Assembly (NCBI GenBank): GCA_964057225.1
Contig: OZ059900.1
Coordinates: forward strand, 13,268,001-13,332,000
Source: Auanema rhodensis
Taxonomy: Eukaryota; Animalia; Nematoda
Direction of reading: 5' to 3'
DNA length: 64,000 nucleotides
The notes below the pieces were generated by a model. That model was not told the origin of the DNA, ran no database searches, and was given only the letters and a program-made list of their open reading frames with translations. This document shows, piece by piece, positions 11,101-25,900 of the stretch. The position numbers were made by a program, and so were the translations under genes. Position 1 is the stretch's first letter, and the number at the start of each line of letters is the position of its first letter.

Positions 11101-13919
11101 CTTTTACATTATAATTTGACGGGATAAAGCTTTGTATAGCTTTGTATAGCTTTGTACACTGATCACATATACGGCGATAGGCTAGAACAGTTTATAAGTT
11201 TCCTGAATAGATTTGGTTTAATTACCCAAGTTAGAGGTAGTATCTCAATCTAACCAGAGAACTTCTGAGTTGGAAATACATTTTGGAAAGCACACCACGA
11301 GTGTGCAATATTGAAAACTGTCTGTCTTAGTATGATTATATGACACTATAAATGCCAAAGCAAAACAAATTTGAATATGAACATGACGCGTCTTTTACAT
11401 TATAGTTTGACCGGATAAAGCTTTGTATAGCTTTGTATAGCTTTGTACACTGATCACATATACGGCGATAGGCTAGAACAGTTCATAAGTTTCCTGGATA
11501 GATTTGGTTTAATTACCCAAGTTAGAGGTAGTATCTCAATCTAACCAGAGAACTTCTGAGTTGGAAATACATTTTGGAAAGCACACCATGAGTGTGCAAT
11601 ATTGAAAACTGTCTGTCTTAGTATGATTATATGACACTATAGATGCCAAAGCAAAACAAATTTGAATATGAACATGACGCGTCTTTTACATTATAGTTTG
11701 ACCGGATAAAGCTTTGTATAGCTTTGTACACTGATCACATATACGGCGATAGGCTAGAACAGTTCATAAGTTTCCTGGATAGATTTGGTTTAATTACCCA
11801 AGTTAGAGGTAGTATCTCAATCTAACCAGAGAACTTCTGAGTTGGAAATACATTTTGGAAAGCACACCATGAGTGTGCAATATTGAAAACTGTCTGTCTT
11901 AGTATGATTATATGACACTATAGATGCCAAAGCAAAACAAATTTGAATATGAACATGACGCGTCTTTTACATTATAATTTGACGGGATAAAGCTTTGTAT
12001 AGCTTTGTATAGCTTTGTACACTGATCACATATACGGCGATAGGCTAGAACAGTTCATAAGTTTACTGGATAGATATGGTTTAATTACCCAAGTTAGAGG
12101 TAGTATCTCAATCTAACCAGAGAACTTCTGAGTTGGAAATACATTTTGGAAAGCACACCATGAGTGTGCAATATTGAAAACTGTCTATCTTAGTATGATT
12201 ATATGACACTATAGATGCCAAAGCAAAACAAATTTGAATATGAACATGACGCGTCTTTTACATTATAGTTAGACCGGATAAAGCTTTGTATAGCTTTGTA
12301 CACTGATCACATATACGGCGATAGGCTAGAACAGTTCATAAGTTTCCTGGATAGATTTGGTTTAATTACCCAAGTTAGAGGTAGTATCTCAATCTAACCA
12401 GAGAACTTCTGAGTTGGAAATACATTTTGGAAAGCACACCATGAGTGTGCAATATTGAAAACTGTCTGTCTTAGTATGATTATATGACACTATAGATGCC
12501 AAAGCAAAACAAATTTGAATATGAACATGACGCGTCTTTTACATTATAATTTGACGGGATAAAGCTTTGTATAGCTTTGTATAGCTTTGTACACTGATCA
12601 CATATACGGCGATAGGCTAGAACAGTTTATAAGTTTCCTGAATAGATTTGGTTTAATTACCCAAGTTAGAGGTAGTATCTCAATCTAACCAGAGAACTTC
12701 TGAGTTGGAAATACATTTTGGAAAGCACACCATGAGTGTGCAATATTGAAAACTGTCTGTCTTAGTATGATTATATGACACTATAAATGCCAAAGCAAAA
12801 CAAATTTGAATATGAACATGACGCGTCTTTTACATTATAGTTTGACCGGATAAAGCTTTGTATAGCTTTGTATAGCTTTGTACACTGATCACATATACGG
12901 CGATAGGCTAGAACAGTTCATAAGTTTCCTGGATAGATTTGGTTTAATTACCCAAGTTAGAGGTAGTATCTCAATCTAACCAGAGAACTTCTGAGTTGGA
13001 AATACATTTTGGAAAGCACACCATGAGTGTGCAATATTGAAAACTGTCTGTCTTAGTATGATTATATGACACTATAGATGCCAAAGCAAAACAAATTTGA
13101 ATATGAACATGACGCGTCTTTTACATTGTAGTTTGACCGGATAAAGCTTTGTATAGCTTTGTACACTGATCACATATACGGCGAGAGGCTAGAACAGTTT
13201 ATAAGTTTCCTGAATAGATTTGGTTTAATTACCCAAGTTAGAGGTAGTATCTCAATCTAACCAGAGAACTTCTGAGTTGGAAATACATTTTGGAAAGCAC
13301 ACCATGAGTGTGCAATATTGAAAACTGTCTGTCTTAGTATGATTATATGACACTATAGATGCCAAAGCAATATAAATTTGAATATGAACATGACGCGTCT
13401 TTTACATTATAGTTTGACCGGATAAAGCTTTGTATAGCTTTGTATAGCTTTGTACACTGATCACATATACGGCGATAGGCTAGAACAGTTCATAAGTTTC
13501 CTGGATAGATTTGGTTTAATTACCCAAGTTAGAGGTAGTATCTCAATCTAACCAGAGAACTTCTGAGTTGGAAATACATTTTGGAAAGCACACCATGAGT
13601 GTGCAATATTAAAAACTGTCTGTCTTAGTATGATTATATGACACTATAGATGCCAAAGCAAAACAAATTTGAATATGAACATGACGCGTCTTTTACATTA
13701 TAGTTTGACCTGATAAAGCTTTGTATAGCTTTGTATAGCTTTGTACACTGATCACATATACGGCGAGAGGCTAGAACAGTTTATAAGTTTCCTGAATAGA
13801 TTTGGTTTAATTACCCAAGTTAGAGGTAGTATCTCAATCTAACCAGAGAACTTCTGAGTTGGAAATACATTTTGGAAAGCACACCATGAGTGTGCAATAT
13901 TAAAAACTGTCTGTCTTAG

Positions 13920-16900
13920 TATGATTATATGACACTATAGATGCCAAAGCAAAACAAATTTGAATATGAAGATGACGCGTCTTTTACATTGTAGTTTGAC
14001 CGGATGAAGCTTTGTATAGCTTTGTACACTGATCACATATACGGCGATAGGCTAGAACAGTTCATAAGTTTCCTGGATAGATTTGGTTTAATTACCCAAG
14101 TTAGAGGTAGTATCTCAATCTAACCAGAGAACTTCTGAGTTGGAAATACATTTTGGAAAGCACACCATGAGTGTGCAATATTGAAAACTGTCTGTCTTAG
14201 TATGATTATATGACACTATAGATGCCAAAGCAAAACAAATTTGAATATGAACATGACGCGTCTTTTACATTATAGTTAGACCGGATAAAGCTTTGTATAG
14301 CTTTGTACACTGATCACATATACGGCGATAGGCTAGAACAGTTCATAAGTTTCCTGGATAGATTTGGTTTAATTACCCAAGTTAGAGGTAGTATCTCAAT
14401 CTAACCAGAGAACTTCTGAGTTGGAAATACATTTTGGAAAGCACACCATGAGTGTGCAATATTGAAAACTGTCTGTCTTAGTATGATTATATGACACTAT
14501 AGATGCCAAAGCAAAACAAATTTGAATATGAACATGACGCGTCTTTTACATTATAGTTTGACCGGATAAAGCTTTGTATAGCTTTGTATAGCTTTGTACA
14601 CTGATCACATATACGGCGATAGGCTAGAACAGTTCATAAGTTTCCTGGATAGATTTGGTTTAATTACCCAAGTTAGAGGTAGTATCTCAATCTAACCAGA
14701 GAACTTCTGAGTTGGAAATACATTTTGGAAAGCACACCATGAGTGTGCAATATTAAAAACTGTCTGTCTTAGTATGATTATATGACACTATAGATGCCAA
14801 AGCAAAACAAATTTGAATATGAACATGACGCGTCTTTTACATTATAATTTGACGGTATAAAGCTTTGTATAGCTTTGTATAGCTTTGTACACTGATCACA
14901 TATACGGCGATAGGCTAGAACAGTTCATAAGTTTACTGAATAGATATGGTTTAATTACCCAAGTTAGAGGTAGTATCTCAATCTAACCAGAGAACTTCTG
15001 AGTTGGAAATACATTTTGGAAAGCACACCATGAGTGTGCAATATTGAAAACTGTCTGTCTTAGTATGATTATATGACACTATAGATGCCAAAGCAAAACA
15101 AATTTGAATATGAACATGACGCGTCTTTTACATTATAGTTAGACCGGATAAAGCTTTGTATAGCTTTGTACACTGATCACATATACGGCGATAGGCTAGA
15201 ACAGTTCATAAGTTTCCTGGATAGATTTGGTTTAATTACCCAAGTTAGAGGTAGTATCTCAATCTAACCAGAGAACTTCTGAGTTGGAAATACATTTTGG
15301 AAAGCACACCATGAGTGTGCAATATTAAAAACTGTCTGTCTTAGTATGATTATATGACACTATAGATGCCAAAGCAAAACAAATTTGAATATGAACATGA
15401 CGCGTCTTTTACATTATAGTTTGACCGGATAAAGCTTTGTATAGCTTTGTATAGCTTTGTACACTGATCACATATACGGCGATAGGCTAGAACAGTTCAT
15501 AAGTTTCCTGGATAGATTTGGTTTAATTACCCAAGTTAGAGGTAGTACCTCAATCTAACCAGAGAACTTCTGAGTTGGAAATACATTTTGGAAAGCACAC
15601 CATGAGTGTGCAATATTAAAAACTGTCTGTCTTAGTATGATTATATGACACTATAGATGCCAAAGCAAAACAAATTTGAATATGAACATGACGCGTCTTT
15701 TACATTATAATTTGACGGGATAAAGCTTTGTATAGCTTTGTATAGCTTTGTACACTGATCACATATACGGCGATAGGCTAGAACAGTTTATAAGTTTCCT
15801 GAATAGATTTGGTTTAATTACCCAAGTTAGAGGTAGTATCTCAATCTAACCAGAGAACTTCTGAGTTGGAAATACATTTTGGAAAGCACACCACGAGTGT
15901 GCAATATTGAAAACTGTCTGTCTTAGTATGATTATATGACACTATAAATGCCAAAGCAAAACAAATTTGAATATGAACATGACGCGTCTTTTACATTATA
16001 GTTTGACCGGATAAAGCTTTGTATAGCTTTGTATAGCTTTGTACACTGATCACATATACGGCGATAGGCTAGAACAGTTCATAAGTTTCCTGGATAGATT
16101 TGGTTTAATTACCCAAGTTAGAGGTAGTATCTCAATCTAACCAGAGAACTTCTGAGTTGGAAATACATTTTGGAAAGCACACCATGAGTGTGCAATATTG
16201 AAAACTGTCTGTCTTAGTATGATTATATGACACTATAGATGCCAAAGCAAAACAAATTAGAATATGAACATGACGCGTCTTTTACATTGTAGTTTGACCG
16301 GATAAAGCTTTGTATAGCTTTGTACACTGATCACATATACGGCGATAGGCTAGAACAGTTCATAAGTTTCCTGGATAGATTTGGTTTAATTACCCAAGTT
16401 AGAGGTAGTATCTCAATCTAACCAGAGAACTTCTGAGTTGGAAATACATTTTGGAAAGCACACCATGAGTGTGCAATATTGAAAACTGTCTGTCTTAGTA
16501 TGATTATATGACACTATAGATGCCAAAGCAAAACAAATTTGAATATGAACATGACGCGTCTTTTACATTATAGTTTGACCGGATAAAGCTTTGTATAGCT
16601 TTGTATAGCTTTGTACACTGATCACATATACGGCGATAGGCTAGAACAGTTCATAAGTTTCCTGAATAGATTTGGTTTAATTACCCAAGTTAGAGGTAGT
16701 ATCTCAATCTAACCAGAGAACTTCTGAGTTGGAAATACATTTTGGAAAGCACACCATGAGTGTGCAATATTAAAAACTGTCTGTCTTAGTATGATTATAT
16801 GACACTATAGATGCCAAAGCAAAACAAATTTGAATATGAACATGACGCGTCTTTCACATTATAGTTTGACCTGATAAAGCTTTGGATAGCTTTGTACACT

Positions 16901-19900
16901 GATCACATATACGGCGAGAGGCTAGAACAGTTTATAAGTTTCCTGAATTGATTTGGTTTAATTACCCAAGTTAGAGGTAGTATCTCAATCTAACCAGAGA
17001 ACTTCTGAGTTGGAAATACATTTTGGAAAGCACACCACGAGTGTGCAATATTGAAAACTGTCTGTCTTAGTATGATTATATGACACTATAGATGCCAAAG
17101 CAAAACAAATTTGAATATGAACATGACGCGTCTTTTACATTATAGTTTGACCGGATAAAGCTTTGTATAGCTTTGTATAGCTTTGTACACTGATCACATA
17201 TACGGCGATAGGCTAGAACAGTTCATAAGTTTCCTGGATAGATTTGGTTTAATTACCCAAGTTAGAGGTAGTATCTCAATCTAACCAGAGAACTTCTGAG
17301 TTGGAAATACATTTTGGAAAGCACACCATGAGTGTGCAATATTGAAAACTGTCTGTCTTAGTATGATTATATGACACTATAGATGCCAAAGCAAAACAAA
17401 TTTGAATATGAAGATGACGCGTCTTTTACATTGTAGTTTGACCGGATGAAGCTTTGTATAGCTTTGTACACTGATCACATATACGGCGATAGGCTAGAAC
17501 AGTTCATAAGTTTCCTGGATAGATTTGGTTTAATTACCCAAGTTAGAGGTAGTATCTCAATCTAACCAGAGAACTTCTGAGTTGGAAATACATTTTGGAA
17601 AGCACACCATGAGTGTGCAATATTGAAAACTGTCTGTCTTAGTATGATTATATGACACTATAGATGCCAAAGCAAAACAAATTTGAATATGAACATGACG
17701 CGTCTTTTACATTATAGTTAGACCGGATAAAGCTTTGTATAGCTTTGTACACTGATCACATATACGGCGATAGGCTAGAACAGTTCATAAGTTTCCTGGA
17801 TAGATTTGGTTTAATTACCCAAGTTAGAGGTAGTATCTCAATCTAACCAGAGAACTTCTGAGTTGGAAATACATTTTGGAAAGCACACCATGAGTGTGCA
17901 ATATTGAAAACTGTCTGTCTTAGTATGATTATATGACACTATAGATGCCAAAGCAAAACAAATTTGAATATGAACATGACGCGTCTTTTACATTATAGTT
18001 TGACCGGATAAAGCTTTGTATAGCTTTGTATAGCTTTGTACACTGATCACATATACGGCGATAGGCTAGAACAGTTCATAAGTTTCCTGGATAGATTTGG
18101 TTTAATTACCCAAGTTAGAGGTAGTATCTCAATCTAACCAGAGAACTTCTGAGTTGGAAATACATTTTGGAAAGCACACCATGAGTGTGCAATATTAAAA
18201 ACTGTCTGTCTTAGTATGATTATATGACACTATAGATGCCAAAGCAAAACAAATTTGAATATGAACATGACGCGTCTTTTACATTATAGTTAGACCGGAT
18301 AAAGCTTTGTATAGCTTTGTACACTGATCACATATACGGCGATAGGCTAGAACAGTTCATAAGTTTCCTGGATAGATTTGGTTTAATTACCCAAGTTAGA
18401 GGTAGTATCTCAATCTAACCAGAGAACTTCTGAGTTGGAAATACATTTTGGAAAGCACACCATGAGTGTGCAATATTGAAAACTGTCTGTCTTAGTATGA
18501 TTATATGACACTATAGATGCCAAAGCAAAACAAATTTGAATATGAACATGACGCGTCTTTTACATTATAGTTTGACCGGATAAAGCTTTGTATAGCTTTG
18601 TATAGCTTTGTACACTGATCACATATACGGCGATAGGCTAGAACAGTTCATAAGTTTCCTGGATAGATTTGGTTTAATTACCCAAGTTAGAGGTAGTATC
18701 TCAATCTAACCAGAGAACTTCTGAGTTGGAAATACATTTTGGAAAGCACACCATGAGTGTGCAATATTAAAAACTGTCTGTCTTAGTATGATTATATGAC
18801 ACTATAGATGCCAAAGCAAAACAAATTTGAATATGAACATGACGCGTCTTTTACATTATAATTTGACGGGATAAAGCTTTGTATAGCTTTGTATAGCTTT
18901 GTACACTGATCACATATACGGCGATAGGCTAGAACAGTTCATAAGTTTACTGAATAGATATGGTTTAATTACCCAAGTTAGAGGTAGTATCTCAATCTAA
19001 CCAGAGAACTTCTGAGTTGGAAATACATTTTGGAAAGCACACCATGAGTGTGCAATATTGAAAACTGTCTGTCTTAGTATGATTATATGACACTATAGAT
19101 GCCAAAGCAAAACAAATTTGAATATGAACATGACGCGTCTTTTACATTATAGTTAGACCGGATAAAGCTTTGTATAGCTTTGTACACTGATCACATATAC
19201 GGCGATAGGCTAGAACAGTTCATAAGTTTCCTGGATAGATTTGGTTTAATTACCCAAGTTAGAGGTAGTATCTCAATCTAACCAGAGATCTTCTGAGTTG
19301 GAAATACATTTTGGAAACCACACCATGAGTGTGCAATATTGGAAACTGTCTGTCTTAGTATGATTATATGACACTATAGATGCCAAAGCAAAACAAATTT
19401 GAATATGAACATGACGCGTCTTTTACATTATAGTTTGACCGGATAAAGCTTTGTATAGCTTTGTATAGCTTTGTACACTGATCACATATACGGCGATAGG
19501 CTAGAACAGTTCATAAGTTTCCTGGATAGATTTGGTTTAATTACCCAAGTTAGAGGTAGTATCTCAATCTAACCAGAGAACTTCTGAGTTGGAAATACAT
19601 TTTGGAAAGCACACCATGAGTGTGCAATATTAAAAACTGTCTGTCTTAGTATGATTATATGACACTATAGATGCCAAAGCAAAACAAATTTGAATATGAA
19701 CATGACGCGTCTTTTACATTATAATTTGACGGGATAAAGCTTTGTATAGCTTTGTATAGCTTTGTACACTGATCACATATACGGCGATAGGCTAGAACAG
19801 TTTATAAGTTTCCTGAATAGATTTGGTTTAATTACCCAAGTTAGAGGTAGTATCTCAATCTAACCAGAGAACTTCTGAGTTGGAAATACATTTTGGAAAG

Positions 19901-22900
19901 CACACCACGAGTGTGCAATATTGAAAACTGTCTGTCTTAGTATGATTATATGACACTATAGATGCCAAAGCAAAACAAATTTGAATATGAACATGACGCG
20001 TCTTTTACATTGTAGTTTGACCGGATAAAGCTTTGTATAGCTTTGTATAGCTTTGTACACTGATCACATATACGGCGATAGGCTAGAACAGTTTATAAGT
20101 TTCCTGAATAGATTTGGTTTAATTACCCAAGTTAGAGGTAGTATCTCAATCTAACCAGAGAACTTCTGAGTTGGAAATACATTTTGGAAAGCACACCACG
20201 AGTGTGCAATATTGAAAACTGTCTGTCTTAGTATGATTATATGACACTATAAATGCCAAAGCAAAACAAATTTGAATATGAACATGACGCGTCTTTTACA
20301 TTATAGTTTGACCGGATAAAGCTTTGTATAGCTTTGTATAGCTTTGTACACTGATCACATATACGGCGATAGGCTAGAACAGTTCATAAGTTTCCTGGAT
20401 AGATTTGGTTTAATTACCCAAGTTAGAGGTAGTATCTCAATCTAACCAGAGAACTTCTGAGTTGGAAATACATTTTGGAAAGCACACCATGAGTGTGCAA
20501 TATTGAAAACTGTCTGTCTTAGTATGATTATATGACACTATAGATGCCAAAGCAAAACAAATTAGAATATGAACATGACGCGTCTTTTACATTGTAGTTT
20601 GACCGGATAAAGCTTTGTATAGCTTTGTACACTGATCACATATACGGCGATAGGCTAGAACAGTTCATAAGTTTCCTGGATAGATTTGGTTTAATTACCC
20701 AAGTTAGAGGTAGTATCTCAATCTAACCAGAGAACTTCTGAGTTGGAAATACATTTTGGAAAGCACACCATGAGTGTGCAATATTGAAAACTGTCTGTCT
20801 TAGTATGATTATATGACACTATAGATGCCAAAGCAAAACAAATTTGAATATGAACATGACGCGTCTTTTACATTATAGTTTGACCGGATAAAGCTTTGTA
20901 TAGCTTTGTATAGCTTTGTACACTGATCACATATACGGCGATAGGCTAGAACAGTTCATAAGTTTCCTGAATAGATTTGGTTTAATTACCCAAGTTAGAG
21001 GTAGTATCTCAATCTAACCAGAGAACTTCTGAGTTGGAAATACATTTTGGAAAGCACACCATGAGTGTGCAATATTAAAAACTGTCTGTCTTAGTATGAT
21101 TATATGACACTATAGATGCCAAAGCAAAACAAATTTGAATATGAACATGACGCGTCTTTCACATTATAGTTTGACCTGATAAAGCTTTGGATAGCTTTGT
21201 ACACTGATCACATATACGGCGAGAGGCTAGAACAGTTTATAAGTTTCCTGAATTGATTTGGTTTAATTACCCAAGTTAGAGGTAGTATCTCAATCTAACC
21301 AGAGAACTTCTGAGTTGGAAATACATTTTGGAAAGCACACCACGAGTGTGCAATATTGAAAACTGTCTGTCTTAGTATGATTATATGACACTATAGATGC
21401 CAAAGCAAAACAAATTTGAATATGAACATGACGCGTCTTTTACATTATAGTTTGACCGGATAAAGCTTTGTATAGCTTTGTATAGCTTTGTACACTGATC
21501 ACATATACGGCGATAGGCTAGAACAGTTCATAAGTTTCCTGGATAGATTTGGTTTAATTACCCAAGTTAGAGGTAGTATCTCAATCTAACCAGAGAACTT
21601 CTGAGTTGGAAATACATTTTGGAAAGCACACCATGAGTGTGCAATATTGAAAACTGTCTGTCTTAGTATGATTATATGACACTATAGATGCCAAAGCAAA
21701 ACAAATTTGAATATGAAGATGACGCGTCTTTTACATTGTAGTTTGACCGGATGAAGCTTTGTATAGCTTTGTACACTGATCACATATACGGCGATAGGCT
21801 AGAACAGTTCATAAGTTTCCTGGATAGATTTGGTTTAATTACCCAAGTTAGAGGTAGTATCTCAATCTAACCAGAGAACTTCTGAGTTGGAAATACATTT
21901 TGGAAAGCACACCATGAGTGTGCAATATTGAAAACTGTCTGTCTTAGTATGATTATATGACACTATAGATGCCAAAGCAAAACAAATTTGAATATGAACA
22001 TGACGCGTCTTTTACATTATAGTTAGACCGGATAAAGCTTTGTATAGCTTTGTACACTGATCACATATACGGCGATAGGCTAGAACAGTTCATAAGTTTC
22101 CTGGATAGATTTGGTTTAATTACCCAAGTTAGAGGTAGTATCTCAATCTAACCAGAGAACTTCTGAGTTGGAAATACATTTTGGAAAGCACACCATGAGT
22201 GTGCAATATTGAAAACTGTCTGTCTTAGTATGATTATATGACACTATAGATGCCAAAGCAAAACAAATTTGAATATGAACATGACGCGTCTTTTACATTA
22301 TAGTTTGACCGGATAAAGCTTTGTATAGCTTTGTATAGCTTTGTACACTGATCACATATACGGCGATAGGCTAGAACAGTTCATAAGTTTCCTGGATAGA
22401 TTTGGTTTAATTACCCAAGTTAGAGGTAGTATCTCAATCTAACCAGAGAACTTCTGAGTTGGAAATACATTTTGGAAAGCACACCATGAGTGTGCAATAT
22501 TAAAAACTGTCTGTCTTAGTATGATTATATGACACTATAGATGCCAAAGCAAAACAAATTTGAATATGAACATGACGCGTCTTTTACATTATAATTTGAC
22601 GGGATAAAGCTTTGTATAGCTTTGTATAGCTTTGTACACTGATCACATATACGGCGATAGGCTAGAACAGTTCATAAGTTTACTGAATAGATATGGTTTA
22701 ATTACCCAAGTTAGAGGTAGTATCTCAATCTAACCAGAGAACTTCTGAGTTGGAAATACATTTTGGAAAGCACACCATGAGTGTGCAATATTGAAAACTG
22801 TCTGTCTTAGTATGATTATATGACACTATAGATGCCAAAGCAAAACAAATTTGAATATGAACATGACGCGTCTTTTACATTATAGTTAGACCGGATAAAG

Positions 22901-25900
22901 CTTTGTATAGCTTTGTACACTGATCACATATACGGCGATAGGCTAGAACAGTTCATAAGTTTCCTGGATAGATTTGGTTTAATTACCCAAGTTAGAGGTA
23001 GTATCTCAATCTAACCAGAGATCTTCTGAGTTGGAAATACATTTTGGAAACCACACCATGAGTGTGCAATATTGGAAACTGTCTGTCTTAGTATGATTAT
23101 ATGACACTATAGATGCCAAAGCAAAACAAATTTGAATATGAACATGACGCGTCTTTTACATTATAGTTTGACCGGATAAAGCTTTGTATAGCTTTATATA
23201 GCTTTGTACACTGATCACATATACGGCGATAGGCTAGAACAGTTCATAAGTTTCCTGGATAGATTTGGTTTAATTACCCAAGTTAGAGGTAGTATCTCAA
23301 TCTAACCAGAGAACTTCTGAGTTGGAAATACATTTTGGAAAGCACACCATGAGTGTGCAATATTAAAAACTGTCTGTCTTAGTATGATTATATGACACTA
23401 TAGATGCCAAAGCAAAACAAATTTGAATATGAACATGACGCGTCTTTTACATTATAATTTGACGGGATAAAGCTTTGTATAGCTTTGTATAGCTTTGTAC
23501 ACTGATCACATATACGGCGATAGGCTAGAACAGTTTATAAGTTTCCTGAATAGATTTGGTTTAATTACCCAAGTTAGAGGTAGTATCTCAATCTAACCAG
23601 AGAACTTCTGAGTTGGAAATACATTTTGGAAAGCACACCACGAGTGTGCAATATTGAAAACTGTCTGTCTTAGTATGATTATATGACACTATAGATGCCA
23701 AAGCAAAACAAATTTGAATATGAACATGACGCGTCTTTTACATTGTAGTTTGACCGGATAAAGCTTTGTATAGCTTTGTACACTGATCACATATACGGCG
23801 ATAGGCTAGAACAGTTCATAAGTTTCCTGGATAGATTTGGTTTAATTACCCAAGTTAGAGGTAGTATCTCAATCTAACCAGAGAACTTCTGAGTTGGAAA
23901 TACATTTTGGAAAGCACACCATGAGTGTGCAATATTGAAAACTGTCTGTCTTAGTATGATTATATGACACTATAGATGCCAAAGCAAAACAAATTTGAAT
24001 ATGAACATGACGCGTCTTTTACATTATAGTTTGACCGGATAAAGCTTTGTATAGCTTTGTATAGCTTTGTACACTGATCACATATACGGCGATAGGCTAG
24101 AACAGTTCATAAGTTTCCTGAATAGATTTGGTTTAATTACCCAAGTTAGAGGTAGTATCTCAATCTAACCAGAGAACTTCTGAGTTGGAAATACATTTTG
24201 GAAAGCACACCATGAGTGTGCAATATTAAAAACTGTCTGTCTTAGTATGATTATATGACACTATAGATGCCAAAGCAAAACAAATTTGAATATGAACATG
24301 ACGCGTCTTTCACATTATAGTTTGACCTGATAAAGCTTTGGATAGCTTTGTACACTGATCACATATACGGCGAGAGGCTAGAACAGTTTATAAGTTTCCT
24401 GAATTGATTTGGTTTAATTACCCAAGTTAGAGGTAGTATCTCAATCTAACCAGAGAACTTCTGAGTTGGAAATACATTTTGGAAAGCACACCATGAGTGT
24501 GCAATATTAAAAACTGTCTGTCTTAGTATGATTATATGACACTATAGATGCCAAAGCAAAACAAATTTGAATATGAACATGACGCGTCTTTTACATTATA
24601 GTTTGACCGGATAAAGCTTTGTATAGCTTTGTATAGCTTTGTACACTGATCACATATACGGCGATAGGCTAGAACAGTTCATAAGTTTCCTGAATAGATT
24701 TGGTTTAATTACCCAAGTTAGAGGTAGTATCTCAATCTAACCAGAGAACTTCTGAGTTGGAAATACATTTTGGAAAGCACACCATGAGTGTGCAATATTA
24801 AAAACTGTCTGTCTTAGTATGATTATATGACACTATAGATGCCAAAGCAAAACAAATTTGAATATGAACATGACGCGTCTTTCACATTATAGTTTGACCT
24901 GATAAAGCTTTGGATAGCTTTGTACACTGATCACATATACGGCGAGAGGCTAGAACAGTTTATAAGTTTCCTGAATTGATTTGGTTTAATTACCCAAGTT
25001 AGAGGTAGTATCTCAATCTAACCAGAGAACTTCTGAGTTGGAAATACATTTTGGAAAGCACACCACGAGTGTGCAATATTGAAAACTGTCTGTCTTAGTA
25101 TGATTATATGACACTATAGATGCCAAAGCAAAACAAATTTGAATATGAACATGACGCGTCTTTTACATTATAGTTTGACCGGATAAAGCTTTGTATAGCT
25201 TTGTATAGCTTTGTACACTGATCACATATACGGCGATAGGCTAGAACAGTTCATAAGTTTCCTGGATAGATTTGGTTTAATTACCCAAGTTAGAGGTAGT
25301 ATCTCAATCTAACCAGAGAACTTCTGAGTTGGAAATACATTTTGGAAAGCACACCATGAGTGTGCAATATTGAAAACTGTCTGTCTTAGTATGATTATAT
25401 GACACTATAGATGCCAAAGCAAAACAAATTTGAATATGAAGATGACGCGTCTTTTACATTGTAGTTTGACCGGATGAAGCTTTGTATAGCTTTGTACACT
25501 GATCACATATACGGCGATAGGCTAGAACAGTTCATAAGTTTCCTGGATAGATTTGGTTTAATTACCCAAGTTAGAGGTAGTATCTCAATCTAACCAGAGA
25601 ACTTCTGAGTTGGAAATACATTTTGGAAAGCACACCATGAGTGTGCAATATTGAAAACTGTCTGTCTTAGTATGATTATATGACACTATAGATGCCAAAG
25701 CAAAACAAATTTGAATATGAACATGACGCGTCTTTTACATTATAGTTAGACCGGATAAAGCTTTGTATAGCTTTGTACACTGATCACATATACGGCGATA
25801 GGCTAGAACAGTTCATAAGTTTCCTGGATAGATTTGGTTTAATTACCCAAGTTAGAGGTAGTATCTCAATCTAACCAGAGAACTTCTGAGTTGGAAATAC

